Under the pieces are notes generated by a model. It saw nothing but the letters and a program-made list of their open reading frames with translations, did no database searches and was not told the DNA's origin. From Camelus ferus (Eukaryota), in contig NC_045708.1 of NCBI RefSeq assembly GCF_009834535.1, positions 4,030,001-4,094,000 of the forward strand: DNA of 64,000 nucleotides, given 5' to 3'. The position numbers and the translations under genes were made by a program. Shown here piece after piece: positions 13,441-26,900 of the stretch (within the stretch, counting starts at the first letter, position 1; the number at the start of each line of letters is the position of its first letter).

Positions 13441-14958
13441 CGTATGTCTTCTGTGCCGATGAGGACTGACCACAGGGCAATTTTCAAGGCCAGGAGGAAA
13501 TAGGTTAAAGGGGAGCCTGGATTTAATGAAACTGCAAAGGACCGGACACCACTTTCCATTCCTCCTACTGCTACAGACCTCTAATGATCATTACTGTAAA
13601 GATACAAGAACCGGGGAAGGAGGCAAAAAGTTGACAGTGATCGTCTGCTGAAATTCTTCCAACGCCAAGACAGAAAAACATGTACAAGTTCAGTTTAGAT
13701 GTAAGTAAGAGGCAACCAAGAAGTCTGACTTTAAATGGTCTCTAGGGTATCAAAACTAACCCTGGCGGGGGACAAGGGCTCCGTAAGTCTGTGGGTCTAC
13801 AAGATGAGAGGCTAATGATTGCTTAAGACAACAAGAACCAACAGTTCAAATGAATGTAAATGTTAAGACCCCCACATCCTAACGGTGGTCCTTCAACACG
13901 TTCTGCTGGGAAGCTGGAATTCACAATGCCAGTTTGAAATGCTGCCTCACTAAGTATCTCACCATCCTAAATGCAGGAATGATGTGACCTGACCTGACTG
14001 CCCTGACTGGTCACCAAAACCACTCCCAACCTTGGTGGTTAAAGGATCCTGGCCACCAGGGAGAAGACAAGAAGAGACTTGCATTGTTTTTCCCTGAAGC
14101 CCTCTGGGAGAACAGCATCCTCGCAGGCCTGCGGTTCCCTTGGGGGAAAACCCCACACGGCACACACTTCAGGTGCAGTCGCCAAAGCCAAGAGCGTGAG
14201 CCGCTGGGCCAGTCTTGCTTCCAAACAGCCGCGTGTCCAGCTCTGCCCATGGTGTGTCTTCAATCTCAGATGAGAAGTCAATAAGGGCAAATCTAGTTTT
14301 TAAAAGGCCCCAGGATAGGCTTCCTGGATTTGAGAGCAATTTTTTCCACATAAAACCATCAGATTAAAAAAAAGAAGGGCTCTTGAGTCAAACTTTTATC
14401 TATGAAACCTTGATTAAGTTGATCAGACCAAAGATAAGCTTAACACTCGACCCATGTGCCTGCTGGAAGGAGACCTCAGGCAGCATCGAACGAGCAGGGA
14501 TGGAAAGGCCCTGCAGGTGGGCCCCCCGTGGGGGCTTGGACCACAGTGCGCCTCCGAATCTCACCGTGCTCTCCATCCCGCTGGTCAGCCTGCCTTCCTC
14601 CTTGGTACATTTCTGTTGTCCCAGTTTCTCTATTTTTATCCAAATTCCAACAACCAGGTCCTTGAAAAACTTTCAGAGGAATCTACCAGGTTCTTTCTGT
14701 TTTAACGCACACTTTCTGTTTTCCCTGCTGCTCTATCCCTTTAGAAGATAAAATAGAAGACCAGGGCGAACCTCTGGGTCATGTAGCTTGAAGAGGCCTA
14801 AACGTGTTCTAAACATATCCACGAGCTGCAGAACACACTGCTGGCTACGTGAGCGCACTGTCCGGAGCCACAGAACCCATCCGTCCGTGGGTGCCAGGCT
14901 GGAGACAGAGTCAAGCTTCCTGGTAGGAACGTTCCTTCCCTTATTAAGGGCATCAGGA

Positions 14959-17900
14959 TCAGTTTGTTTTTCGATAGAATTTAGGTTTGGGGTGTACTTT
15001 CTCTTCTTGTGTTTCCTCAATTTCTCTTGCTCCAATTTTCTCTGATGCTCCAGGAAGTTTAAAGTTATAATCTGTCGTGATGTAAGGTATCGTCCCTTCA
15101 AGCCCACGCTGAAATGAGAGCACAGAGAAAACACGCGCAAGCCCTTCAGATCCAGCCAAGAAGAGTTCGCAGTACTTGACGTCTTCCCGCGGGAGACGGC
15201 GTTAAGAGTGAGAGTCTGAGTAAGGTCCTCTCACTCAAGACACTGGGCTACCCTCCCCTCAAAGGGCCCACTTAAAACTCAACCTCACACTGACCCAACA
15301 TTGTAAAATGACTATAACTCAATAAAAAAGTGTTTAAAAAAAAAAAAAAAAAGAACTCAACCTCACAAACACATCAGACAGCATCAGAATGGACAGGAGG
15401 AGGGCGTTCTCTCCAACCAACAGAACCAGTGGGGGGGGGGGGGCACTGGCTGCTTCCCAGCCGCATGCAGGCACTGCCTGCAGTTTGGGGCTATAGATGC
15501 CCTTGACTGACGTGACCCTCCGTGACCTTCCCATGGGTGCCCCGAAGACTGTCTTCAGGAAGGAGCCATCCTGGAGTTGCCACCTTGGCTCTTCTCCCAC
15601 AAATTCCTTCTGCAATACTGGCTCAACCACCGGGCTCCCGACCATGAGTGATGGTGATTCACAGCCCTGGACCTGTGGGGCACACTGACACCCTACTTTG
15701 CCTCGTTAGTGCCTACAATAGGGCGTGTTTCCCAGACACTGACCTGCTCCTGTGACCCTCACCCCCACTCCAGGTCCACACTCTCTACCGTGGACACGGC
15801 CAGCTAACACCAGGGCTGGCCCTGGGGGTCGTACTCACCTGGCTCTTGAAGACACACTGTGGGACAGAGATGGCTCCGACCAGAAGACAATTCACGTTCC
15901 GGAGCTCCTCCGGGGGCACAGGAGTGAGAATGTGGTAAAGCCTCCTCTCCATGTCAATCCCTCTACAAATTCCTTGACACACAAAACACACAAAAATCAT
16001 CCTTTCTGGAAGATATCAAACCTCCCCACCACTCAGAATTGTAGAATGGCTTTTAAAATAAGAGTTTCAACTTCAACTGTGTCTTGCTTTGAAAATACAA
16101 AGTGCCAAGAGACAGTGTATTTGAGTACCTGAAGACTTGGCCCCTGCCCCTTGTTCAGCTGTGAGGAAACAAAGCCTGAGACTGTCTTAGCTAGGGTGCC
16201 CTTAGGCCAGGGAGGAGCCCATCCACCAGTGAGGAACGCAAAGACGACTTGATCCTTCCCCATCCCCGTCGCAGTCCCTTCTTCATGGTCTGTACTAAAT
16301 GAAATGACTTCTGTGGAAATGCTTTCGAGAAGTTCAGTGTTGTATAAATCAGAAACACGAGTTTAATTATTTAAGGGTTTTGCTGATCTTGGGTTATGTA
16401 GGTCAGGCTCTCTTCCAGAAACAGACGCTGATGTCTGCTGATCTCAGTGAGCCAGGGGGATGCTCACGTGAGGTGGTCTGGAGAGGAGGCGGGGGCCAAA
16501 CCTGCCGGGCACTGTGAGGCCCAGTCCAGACGCTGGATCTGTGTGGAGGGAGGCCCAGGGTGTGAAGCGATCACAAGTGTGCTCGGATCACTCCTGATGG
16601 GGGGTGGAGGGGGTGGGGGGTCCCAGGGCAGAAATGAGACAGGTGTGGTGCAAAGAGATGAGAGGAGGAGTCTGACATTCCGAAAACAGAAACTACCAGG
16701 TCAGCCAGTGGCTGGATGTGGTGAATGAAAGCAAGGGGGTGCCAGGGAGGATGCAGGGGTAATAGCAGAGTAAATCTCAAAGGACCGTTCGAGGCCGGGA
16801 AGAGGGGATGGTGCTGGATAGGAGGGGCAGGTTTGGGGAGAAAATCAGGGAGTGGGTAGAGGGACCGTTCAGACCTCAGTTTTGGACCCAAGTCTTAGAT
16901 GCCAGTGAAATATTCCAGCGGAGAAGCACACTGGTAACACAGGCTTGGAGCTCTGATGCACGTGATGCTGCAGAGATCCTACGGAAGTCAGCCTAAAGCT
17001 GGGTCTAGAGCCCAGCAGGTGGTGAGGTGGCCTAGAAAGCATGCCAACTGAGGCGGTGGCCGTGGGCAGGTCCTTGGGAATCCTGCATTAAGAGGAGCTG
17101 ACGGGAGAAGCAGAGAAAGGCCTCCTTCCTGCCCTCCAGCCCCCAAGGCCCACTGTGTAGAAGACAGAGAAACCTTCTGACCACTCCAGCCAAGCGACAG
17201 CTACAAGGTCAAGCCTAGCCGTCTACAGCTGAAAAAGTGGTTCAATTTCAGGAGGTTTACGGGCGTGTTTTACTCTCAGACTCACCAAACCCCAAACAAT
17301 CACAGATTGGAGTCTGGGCGAGAAGGATGGGCCCATTTGCATATCCTCTGACGTCATCCAGGATCTTGCAAAGGCCAACCCAGCTGGCATTCACGGCGTA
17401 CAATATATGGGTGGGAGCCACATCTGCGTGGATAATCCGGAGCGCAACGGCGTTGAAAGGGACCTGGAAAATAAATTTGCATCTCTCTCTGTTAATTCTT
17501 CTTGAAAGACTACGTGTAATTTTCACAAGTTGACAAGCCAGCTGTCTCATGTTCTGTCCGTCAAACTGCCTACCAAAAAGTATCTAAACACAACGCAGAC
17601 ACTAACCTGTATTTGTTTAGTGTTTCACTGCTTTAATGCAGAGAACCCAGGAAATTTACACAAACTTCCCGTACACCGGTGACACTTGCTAGAAATCTAA
17701 ACTGAATGCCTGGAACTTTGTCTAAAGAGACACTAAGATGCAAGTTTAGGGACACCCTAAATGGGCTGGAGGTGAGGGAAACTGAGAACCCCAGTCACTG
17801 GAGGCCTCCTAAGGTAAGAAAGTAAAAATCCATTCACTCCTTAATTTAACTACTGCATTAAGAAAAATGGATTGCATTCCTGGAGCACAAGGTAAATAAC

Positions 17901-20900
17901 TAGCTTTAATGTGTAACTTTCTTTTTTTGGAATTGGGTAATTCTAAACTTTTAAAGCAGAAAAGAGTTTTTTACACATATTTAGATTTCAAAATCAAATT
18001 TGAATTTGTAACAAAAGGCAGTTTAAATCACTGGCAGGTAAGTTTCAAGTTCAGTTACAGAGCATCGCCAAGTGAGTAAACTGGGGTAAATCAACCAAAA
18101 CTCCATTCAACAAACTGCCTTAGATTCTTCAGTTGGCAACAACTCGGAAGCCTGGAGCCAGTCTGACCAGCAGGCTTGGGACACATCCTCACCATCCAGG
18201 CCACTGCTCCTGCCTATGCCCAGTTTTCCAAGCTGTAAGCAGGGCCTGTAATAGCAGCCCCCTCGCAGGCACCTTTAAGGCCCTGAGCCACCCAGGTAAC
18301 GTGTGAGCAGAGCACCCGGCACCCAGCGAGTGCTCAGCTCTGGACAGGACATACAGTGGAGCTGAAGACTCTGGGCTCTTGAGTCAGGCTGCCTGGGCTC
18401 CAGGCCCAGCGTAAACTCCTACTATGCCCTTTTGGGCAAGCACTCAGTGCCTCTGGCCTCAGCTCTACCATCTGTAAAATGGGGACAATAACAGGACCAC
18501 TGTGAGTGAAGGAGTTAACACAGGCTTTGACGAGAGCACAGCACAGAGTAAGCATTTAAGAAATGCTACCTGTTGCTACTTTATTCTTTCAGCATCTCAA
18601 ATCCTAATATTATAGTGCTTTCCTTACAAAATAATTCTTAGCGAGGAGTGTATAGCTCAAGTGACAGAGCAAATGCTTAGCATGCATGAGGTCCTGGGTT
18701 CAATTCCCAGCATCTCCTCCAAAAATAAATAAATAAACCTAATTACCTGCCCTCTTAAACACACACACACAAAATTCTTAAGAACTTGGAATCCAAGACT
18801 TCAGTGCTAGAAGCTGCCTCGGACAGCAGCGTGAAAGGCCGTACGGGTGCTCTGCGGGCGCCAGGCGCCACTGCGGACACTCGCTGAGTCTGCACAGCCA
18901 GTCCCTGGGGCCTGGGCCTGCCGCTCCACGGAGGATGGGCTGACGCGCACACAGCTTAGTAAGCCCCGTGCTGGAGCTGGGCTGCCTGGGCTTAAGCCTG
19001 GGGCCACCTCTGCTATTAGGTAGAATGTTCTTAGCCAGGATGGAACCAGAGCCATGACCCGCACAGCAGTAAAGAGCACGAGCCTGGAGCTGGACTGCCT
19101 GGGTCCGAGGCCAGCTCTGCCACTCAGCGCAGGATTACTCAGCCTCCCGTTTGTAAAACGAGGACAGTTACCAGACCTACACCATCAGGTTGCTGAGGAT
19201 GAAATGGTTAGAAGTGCACTCGGCACGCAGGAAGCCACAGAAGTGCTTGTTAAGTAAACAAAATAAAGACAACACATCCCAAAGTTCAGGTTACCTGATA
19301 GGGTGTCAGACCATGCAAGGGGCAAAGCGGTTTTGGCACCGGGGGCTGCAGCTGGCCAAGGTAGCTGAGCACCGCCAAATCACGAAGGACTCTGTTATGC
19401 GATTCTCTGAAAAGTAAATCAGAACAAGGGAGACAGAGGTTTAACGTCACAGGTCCACCTCCTGCTCAGGGACAGTGTATCTGTCAGCACATTATGGTCA
19501 CACAGCCCGCATTCCAGCCGCAGCAGCTGTAGCCCTGCCTTCCCATAAACCCACTGGCAATCCTTTAAGTCAACGCTCCTGGCAACCAGACCTACAGGCC
19601 AATTCTGGATACTTCCCCTGGGAAAGTAACCATTCAGAAAATAACTGACTCTCCTTCATAAACAGACAGCTGTGACAGAGATCTGAAAAACTTTAGAGGA
19701 CTTATTCCTTTGGAGGAATTGAGGACAAAAGACCTTATTAAACTGAAGGAGACTTAATTCTCCAGCTGTGACGGTTTACTGACCTATTTCTTGGAGTTTT
19801 TCTAGACACAAACTCTGACTTCACGGACATCAGTTTGTATCCAGTAAACACGACTGGACTGTCCTTTTCTTCATCAGCAAATTCAGAATTGTCAGCAAAT
19901 TCTGGCAGGTAGAAACCTCTGTTTCTGACTTTGGACTTGCTTCTCGTGTACAGGCCATCCATGTCGTCCACGTAGTCGGGGGTGAGGTCCGGCATGTACT
20001 TACTGCGGTCAGAGCTGAACTGAATGACATGGCTGGGTGAAAGCAGCCGGATCAGGTCAATGAGGAGCAGGAGCCCTTGGTCTGTGAGGAGGGAGGTGAC
20101 GGGGGCAGTGAGCACACCAAGCAATGGCACACTCCCACCAGGAGCTGGGACAACAAGTGACCAACAAGGAGACTCTCCTAAAAACTGGCTCCAGCACTAA
20201 TGCCCGAAAGTCCGGCCCTCCTGCCAAGGTGCCTCCACAGACTCACCTGCCACCCAGCCCATCGTGTTGACGATCAGAGGGGACTCTCTCCTGTAGGAGC
20301 TGAACACGTACTTGATAATCTCAATATAATTCTCAAAGTTGTTTTTACAGGAAGGCTTCCCATAATATACCATTTTCTGTGGGGTCCTCTGGTGAGTGAA
20401 AGGCGGTCCTAAGAAGATAGAGTTGAGAGTAATCAATCCATGAGGACTTCAGAGGAGGCAAGGGCTTTGCTTCAGCCGTCTTCCCTGGCAAAGCTCCTTA
20501 GGAAATCGGAGATCATCCTACATTAGGAATAGCTGTGCTCTCATTTTCAGAAATCTAGGCACATTAACATGCACAGTTAACCCCAATCATGTCCTAATAT
20601 GGCCATTCATTCAACATTTACTGGACATATGCTACAGATACTTAGAACATGCCTGTGAACTGAACAAACATCCCTGCCCTTGTAGGGCTTGCACACTAAT
20701 TGAAGGGCACTTAAAAATAACAGGAATCCTTGTGGTTGCCGGGGGGCGGAGGGTGGGAAGGGATAGACTGGGATTTCAAAATTGTAGAATAGATAAACAA
20801 GCTTATACTGTATAGCACAGGCAAATATACACAAAATGTTATGGTAGCTCACAGAGAAAAAAATGTGACAATGAGTGTGTATATGTCCACGTATGACTGA

Positions 20901-23900
20901 AAAATTGTTCTGAACACTGGAATTTGACACAACATTGTAAAATGATTATAAATCAATAAAAAATGTTAAAAAAAAATAACAGGAATCACTTGCTGAAACA
21001 CAGTACTTACTGTGTCCGAGGTGTACTACTCTGAGTCTCCAGTTTTCATAAAAACCTGTGGGGTACGTGTGTTACTTTCCCCATTTCGACAGATGAAGAA
21101 ATTGAGAAAGAGATCAACCTGACCACGGTCGCACAGCTAGCAGGTATCAGCTGGGCTGGAACTCAGGTGGTCTCGATCCAGAGCTGACACTCCCTGAGCC
21201 ATTTCCTATGCCCTGTGGTCAGGGGCAGGGCCAGCATACATGGCAGGCAGGTGACCAGGACACTGCTGCCAACACAGCTGGCAGGGCCAGGACCTTGACC
21301 AATGTGGCTGGTGCAAGGCCAGCTGGGATAGAGCTGGCAAGGTTCCCCTCAAGGCTGGGGCCAGGGGACTCGGGGTGGCCCACAACTGATGGAGTGGCCC
21401 GTGTAGTCAAGGGATTGAATTATACTGGGAATAACTGTAGCCAAGGTTCTTACCATCAGAGAAGGAACTCATAAATATGGCAGGGGAAGGCTAACTAGAT
21501 TAAAGCCTTGGTGCTAGAGTAGAATCAGAATGATTGGTGCAAACTCATGGCTCTTAATAAATACAAAGATACAGAAAGAGACAAAAATATGTATGTGTGT
21601 ACATATAACATATATATGCACACACACACACATTATACATGTACATACATGTCATGTGTGGGTTTAAACATACATACATTGGCTAACTCTGTCCATGGGG
21701 GGGGGGGGTCTGTCCACTGAGGGGATGTAGGAGCAATGACACTCAGAAGAAAATAAAACCAGCACACCTAGTGAGAGTGGAAAACCCTGGCAAACACCAT
21801 CTTAACCAATCGATCAAAGCTAACGTCTCTGGTGACCGGACAAACTGACAGTGTTGACATGACACTCGGAGAAGCATCACTTCTAAACCTAATCATGGGT
21901 GAACATACAAATGTACTCTCAGATTGTGAAGGTCACAAAAGATAAGAAAAGCCAGAGGAACTGCTCCAGAGTGAAGGAAACTAAAGACTTAACAAGTACA
22001 CACTGGGCCTACCCAGATGACTGGGACAACAGACAAAACCGAGTGCCCGCACTGCAGCAGTGTTACTACCCTGATTCCAGTGGTGGTGTTATGATTATGC
22101 AGCCAAGCGTCCTTGTTTTGAGAAATGCCCACTGAAATATTAAGGGGGAAAAAGGGGGGGGAAAGCGTAGAGAAAATGTAAAAAGAAGAACAACGACGCC
22201 AGCTAAAGAGCTAAGTCTAAACAATTATTTTTGATAAAACTGTTTAAAAAATGTTTTCAAAAATTCTTACTAACAAGAAATCTGTGAAATCCCTAACATA
22301 TCCAGCAACCTAATACGATACCATCTGCTTCCTTTAAAAATCAACAGAAGTCACACAATTACCTCAACAGAAACAAAAAACGTGTTTGACGAAATCCAAC
22401 ATCCTTTCATGATAAAAAACATTCCATAAAACAGGAATAGAAGACAACTTCTTCAACCTGACAAAGGGGAACTGAAAAACCTACAGCTGACACCTTACTT
22501 AATGGTAAAGGACTAAATGCATTCCTCTAAGATCGGGAACAAGAAAAGGATGTTTCCTTCTACTCGATATTGCGTTAAACAAGGATCCACTGTACAGCAC
22601 AGGGAACTATAATCAATACCTTGTAATGGCCTATAATAAAAAAATATGAAAAGGTATATATACACATACCCATATATATACATGAATCGCTATGCTGTAC
22701 ACCAGAAATTAACACATTGTACATCGACTATACTTCAATAAAAAAGTAAATTAAAAAATTAAAACAAAACAAAACATTGCATTAGAGGATCGAGCCAGAG
22801 CTACTGGACAAGAAACAAAAGGCATCAACATTGGAAAGGAAGAGGTAAAACCAATCCTATTCAGAGCTGACATGATCTTATACACAGAAAATCCCAAAGA
22901 ATTTACAAGAAGACTACTGGAGATAATAAAGGAATTCAGGGAAGCTGCAGGGCACAAGATCAAAACACAAGTCAGTCACATTTCGATACACCAGCAATGA
23001 ACAATCTGCAAAGGAAATTGGAATGACAATTCTGTTTACAATAACAACTAAAAGGATTAAATCCATAGGAATAAATCTAACCAAGGAGGTAAAATATTGC
23101 TTAAAGAAATTAAAGACCTAAAAAATTAGAATGACATCCTGTGTTCATGGACACGAAGACTACATTAGGATGCCAACACCACCCGATCTACATTCAATAC
23201 AATCCCTATCGAAACTCTAACAGCCTTTTCCCCAGAAATGGAAAAACTTATTCTCAAATTCATATGGAATTGTAAAGGGTCCCAAAAGGCCAAAACAATC
23301 TTGAAAAAGAATAAAGCTGGAAGACTCACACTTCCCAACTCTGAACTCATTACAAAGGTACAGTTATTAAAAGTGTGGTACTGGCCCAAGACATATAGAC
23401 AATGGAATAGAATAAGGATCCCAGAAAAAAAAAACCCCAACAATCTTGCATATATGGTCAAACGATTTTCAGCAAGACTGCCAAGAACATTCAATGGGGA
23501 CAGGACAACAGATGGATACTGGAGAGCTGGACATCCACATGCTGGACCCTTTCCTTGTATTATACGCACAAATTAACTCAAAATGGATCAAGGACCAAAA
23601 TGTTAGGCCTAAAACTTATGAAATTACTATAAGAAAACAGTACAGAAAATCTTCATGACACCGGATTTGGTAACTTCATGGATATAACATAAGAAGGAAT
23701 TAAACTTTGATGTATAATATACTACAATATGAACAGACTTTAAAAACCTTTTTGTGTACTGAAAAAAGCCTGATACAGACAAACAAATACTATACGACTT
23801 CACTTATACAAGGTACCTAGAACAGGCGAATTCACAGGGACAGAAAGCAGGTTAGAGGCTCCACAGGGCTAGAGGGAGGGCCGGTGGGGGCATTACTGTT

Positions 23901-26900
23901 TGATGAGTATAGCATTTCAGTTTGGGATAATGAAAAGGGTCTGGAGAGAGACAGTGGTTATACACCACTGCGACCATATTCAATGCCACTGAATTGTACA
24001 CATATGAATGGTTAAAATGATAAATATCATGCTATGTATATTTTCTTATTAAAAAAAGCAGTGTGGGATTCTGATTTGGATTCTGAACCATAAAAAGGGT
24101 ATTAGTAGGACATCTGGTGAACTCTGAATAAAACATAGATTAGTTAGCAGTATTGTATCACATCAATTTCTTGGTTAGGTCATTGTGTAGGGTTACATAA
24201 GAGGCTAATCTTAGAGGAAAGTGTGTTTTTAATTTATGAAACATGATGGATGGTAGTTCCATTTTAGTAAGGTATCATTGAGGTTTCTGGGTGTCTTTTG
24301 AGGCTAGAGGAACAGTTACGGGAAGATCATGAGGTAGTAAAGAATGTTCATTGTTTGCATTTTATATTTTTGTATTCCTTGAGTTTTTTGGAAGTATCAT
24401 TACTTTTGCATTTTAGAAAACCAAGACATATAAGAAATATGTGATACATACCTAGGACTGGTTCTGTAATATTAAGTAAAGAAATGCAACCTGGAGGGGT
24501 AAATTCTGTCTGTCCCAGATCACACTCCAAATAGTCCACACAGGATATACTGAAAATTTAAAAGAAAGAAAGAAAATCTTAACTTTTACTACATCTTTTA
24601 CTACATCCAAAGGATAAATCAGATTTCAGATTGTAAAGATTTTACATGATACACAGGAACAATCCATTGTATGCAGCCTTTTAGGTAGAATGCCCCAAAC
24701 CAACATAAAAAAAAAGAACAGTAAAGAGAAAATGTGACCGGCATGGCCACAGTATCCACTCATTACATGGATAGAACTTTGTCTTTCCTAAAATTTTACC
24801 TGTTAAGTACAACAGAATTTATCCCTACTCTGAATCTCTGGATTTGGACACATGGATTCTGAGACCAAAGAATGACCCTGCAGAGCTCACAGACAGGCAT
24901 GGTGGGTACACCTGAAAGCATCACCCCTTCACCTCAAAACACAGTATAACCAAGACCGCCACCCGCCAGCTGAGTGGCTTTGGGCGTAACTGTCCATAAT
25001 CTCCACTCAGAAGTCAACATGCGTTCCTACCTAGCTTGTGAAATAAAAATCCTACCTTCTGCCAAAACTCGTAACATGTCAAAACAAGAATAAAAACATT
25101 TACCTGTTTAACAACTGGTTAATCAGGTATCTAATAAATGTTGACTTTCCAACATCTTGAGAGCCACAGACCAGAATGACAGGGCAGCCATCTGCTTCTT
25201 CTGGAGGTGAAACAAACAGCGACCCCAAAATCAGCCATCTCCTTTAGACTCTAACCATTAACAGCAATCCTCCGGGGCTTTGCTGGGTAAGCACTGGACT
25301 TCATCAGCGTGCACTACTCACCGCAAGAAACGCTGACTAACTCCTCCATGACCGAAAAGGCGCTCTCTGTTACACGGAGGCCGCTTTTCTTTTTATCTCT
25401 TCTAATGCCCACAGACCTCAAGGCAAAATATTCCGAGTTAATCTGGAAAGTCGGAATCTGCAAATAACAAGGTAAGCTTTGAGAACAAGTGAGCACAGAT
25501 GCACCTTTCTTTCTTCCATTCTAAACAGTAAGCCCCATACAGCTGTGAGCCACAAAAGATCAATGTGACCCCTCCCTTCGTCTCACCCTCCACATCCAAC
25601 CCTTCAATAAGTCCTGTCAACTATCTTCCTAAAGTCATCCATGTCTCTATTTTCATAGCTCACACTTCCTTCCAAGCTGCCATCACCTGTGCAGGAGACT
25701 CCAGAGAAAAAGAAAATGGACGGAAATTTAAAAGTGATTGTCACAAGAAAAATTCACCGAAGACCACAGCTGTAGAACAGGTTGATGATTTGGAATGAAG
25801 TCAAGACAATCCCCAAGAGCATCAAGAAAAACACAAAGAGTTGAATGGACGTGGAAGACAGAGTGGTGATGTCCAACGGCTTTCTAGCAGAAGTACCAAG
25901 AAACCCCAGGAATGGAAGAGCGGGGCCCGGGCAGAAGCAAGTGCGGGCTTCAGATGGCATGACGGAGGATCAAGGAAGAGACCCACCCATGATCACATCT
26001 TCCTGCAGTTCCTCCACCATGACGATAAAGATGTCATACAAGGAGCAAGAATCAGCCTGGCGTGAGGATTCCTAGCCCAACCCTGGGCTCTATAAAACAA
26101 TGGAGCAAGTTCTTTGAGGTTTTGAGGAAAACTTCTTTTGAACCTATTAATTCCACACTCTGCTCAACTATCAATCACTGAGGGCAAAATAAAAACATCT
26201 TTAAAATGAGACAATCTTAAGTTTACTGTCTGTCTTACGTGAAAATACAACTCAAGAACGTATCAACACCTAAGTGGGGAGAGGGAAGCTACCTAAGAAA
26301 GACCATAAAAAAAATGAACAGTGATGGTTGAGTAAGTTGCAGGAAAAGAAAAGCTGAAAATAAATAAAAAAAGAATGTTTTTGATTGTGGGATCTGGAAC
26401 ATTCTCTAGGTAACGCAGAGTTTCCATTCCCTTCTCTACGGCCTTGATCAAGCCACTGGACTCTGCACGAGATTAAATATATGTGACCACAGCCGTCCCC
26501 TCACTGTCCCACCCTCGTTTCATATCTTCTCCGTTCATTTCAAACCTCCAACACCCACCCACTACCTAGGCCCCCACTCAGTGATAACCCTGACTCACTT
26601 CACAGAGTAAGAGGAAACAGAAGAGAACTTGTAACACACCCCAGCCCTGTGTGGGGCATTTCCTCCGGCCACTCTGAAGGAACTGCCTCTGCTCCTCAGG
26701 CAGACATGGGGACCCTGCCCTTGAGGCCCAGTCACTGACACTGCTCCAGCCACCCTCTCTCCACTGCAACACCAGCACTCTCTCCTGTGGCTGTGTTCAA
26801 TTATGCATTTTTTTCATCCACCTTAACAAAAACAAAACTCTCCTGATCACACTTACTCCTCCAATGACTGTTTCATTTCTTTCTTCCCTTTACAGCCGAA

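Noticed and set aside
23238-23576. 112-aa ORF resembling a reverse-transcriptase protein C-terminus
   Set aside because: A fragment of decayed L1 ORF2 surrounded by stops and frameshifts.
25133-25135. NOL9 Ile directly after the Walker A motif (GKSTFIRY versus recalled human FNRY)
   Set aside because: A single substitution outside the P-loop consensus, at a position I recall as variable among Clp1/Grc3-family kinases; it cannot be evaluated without an alignment.
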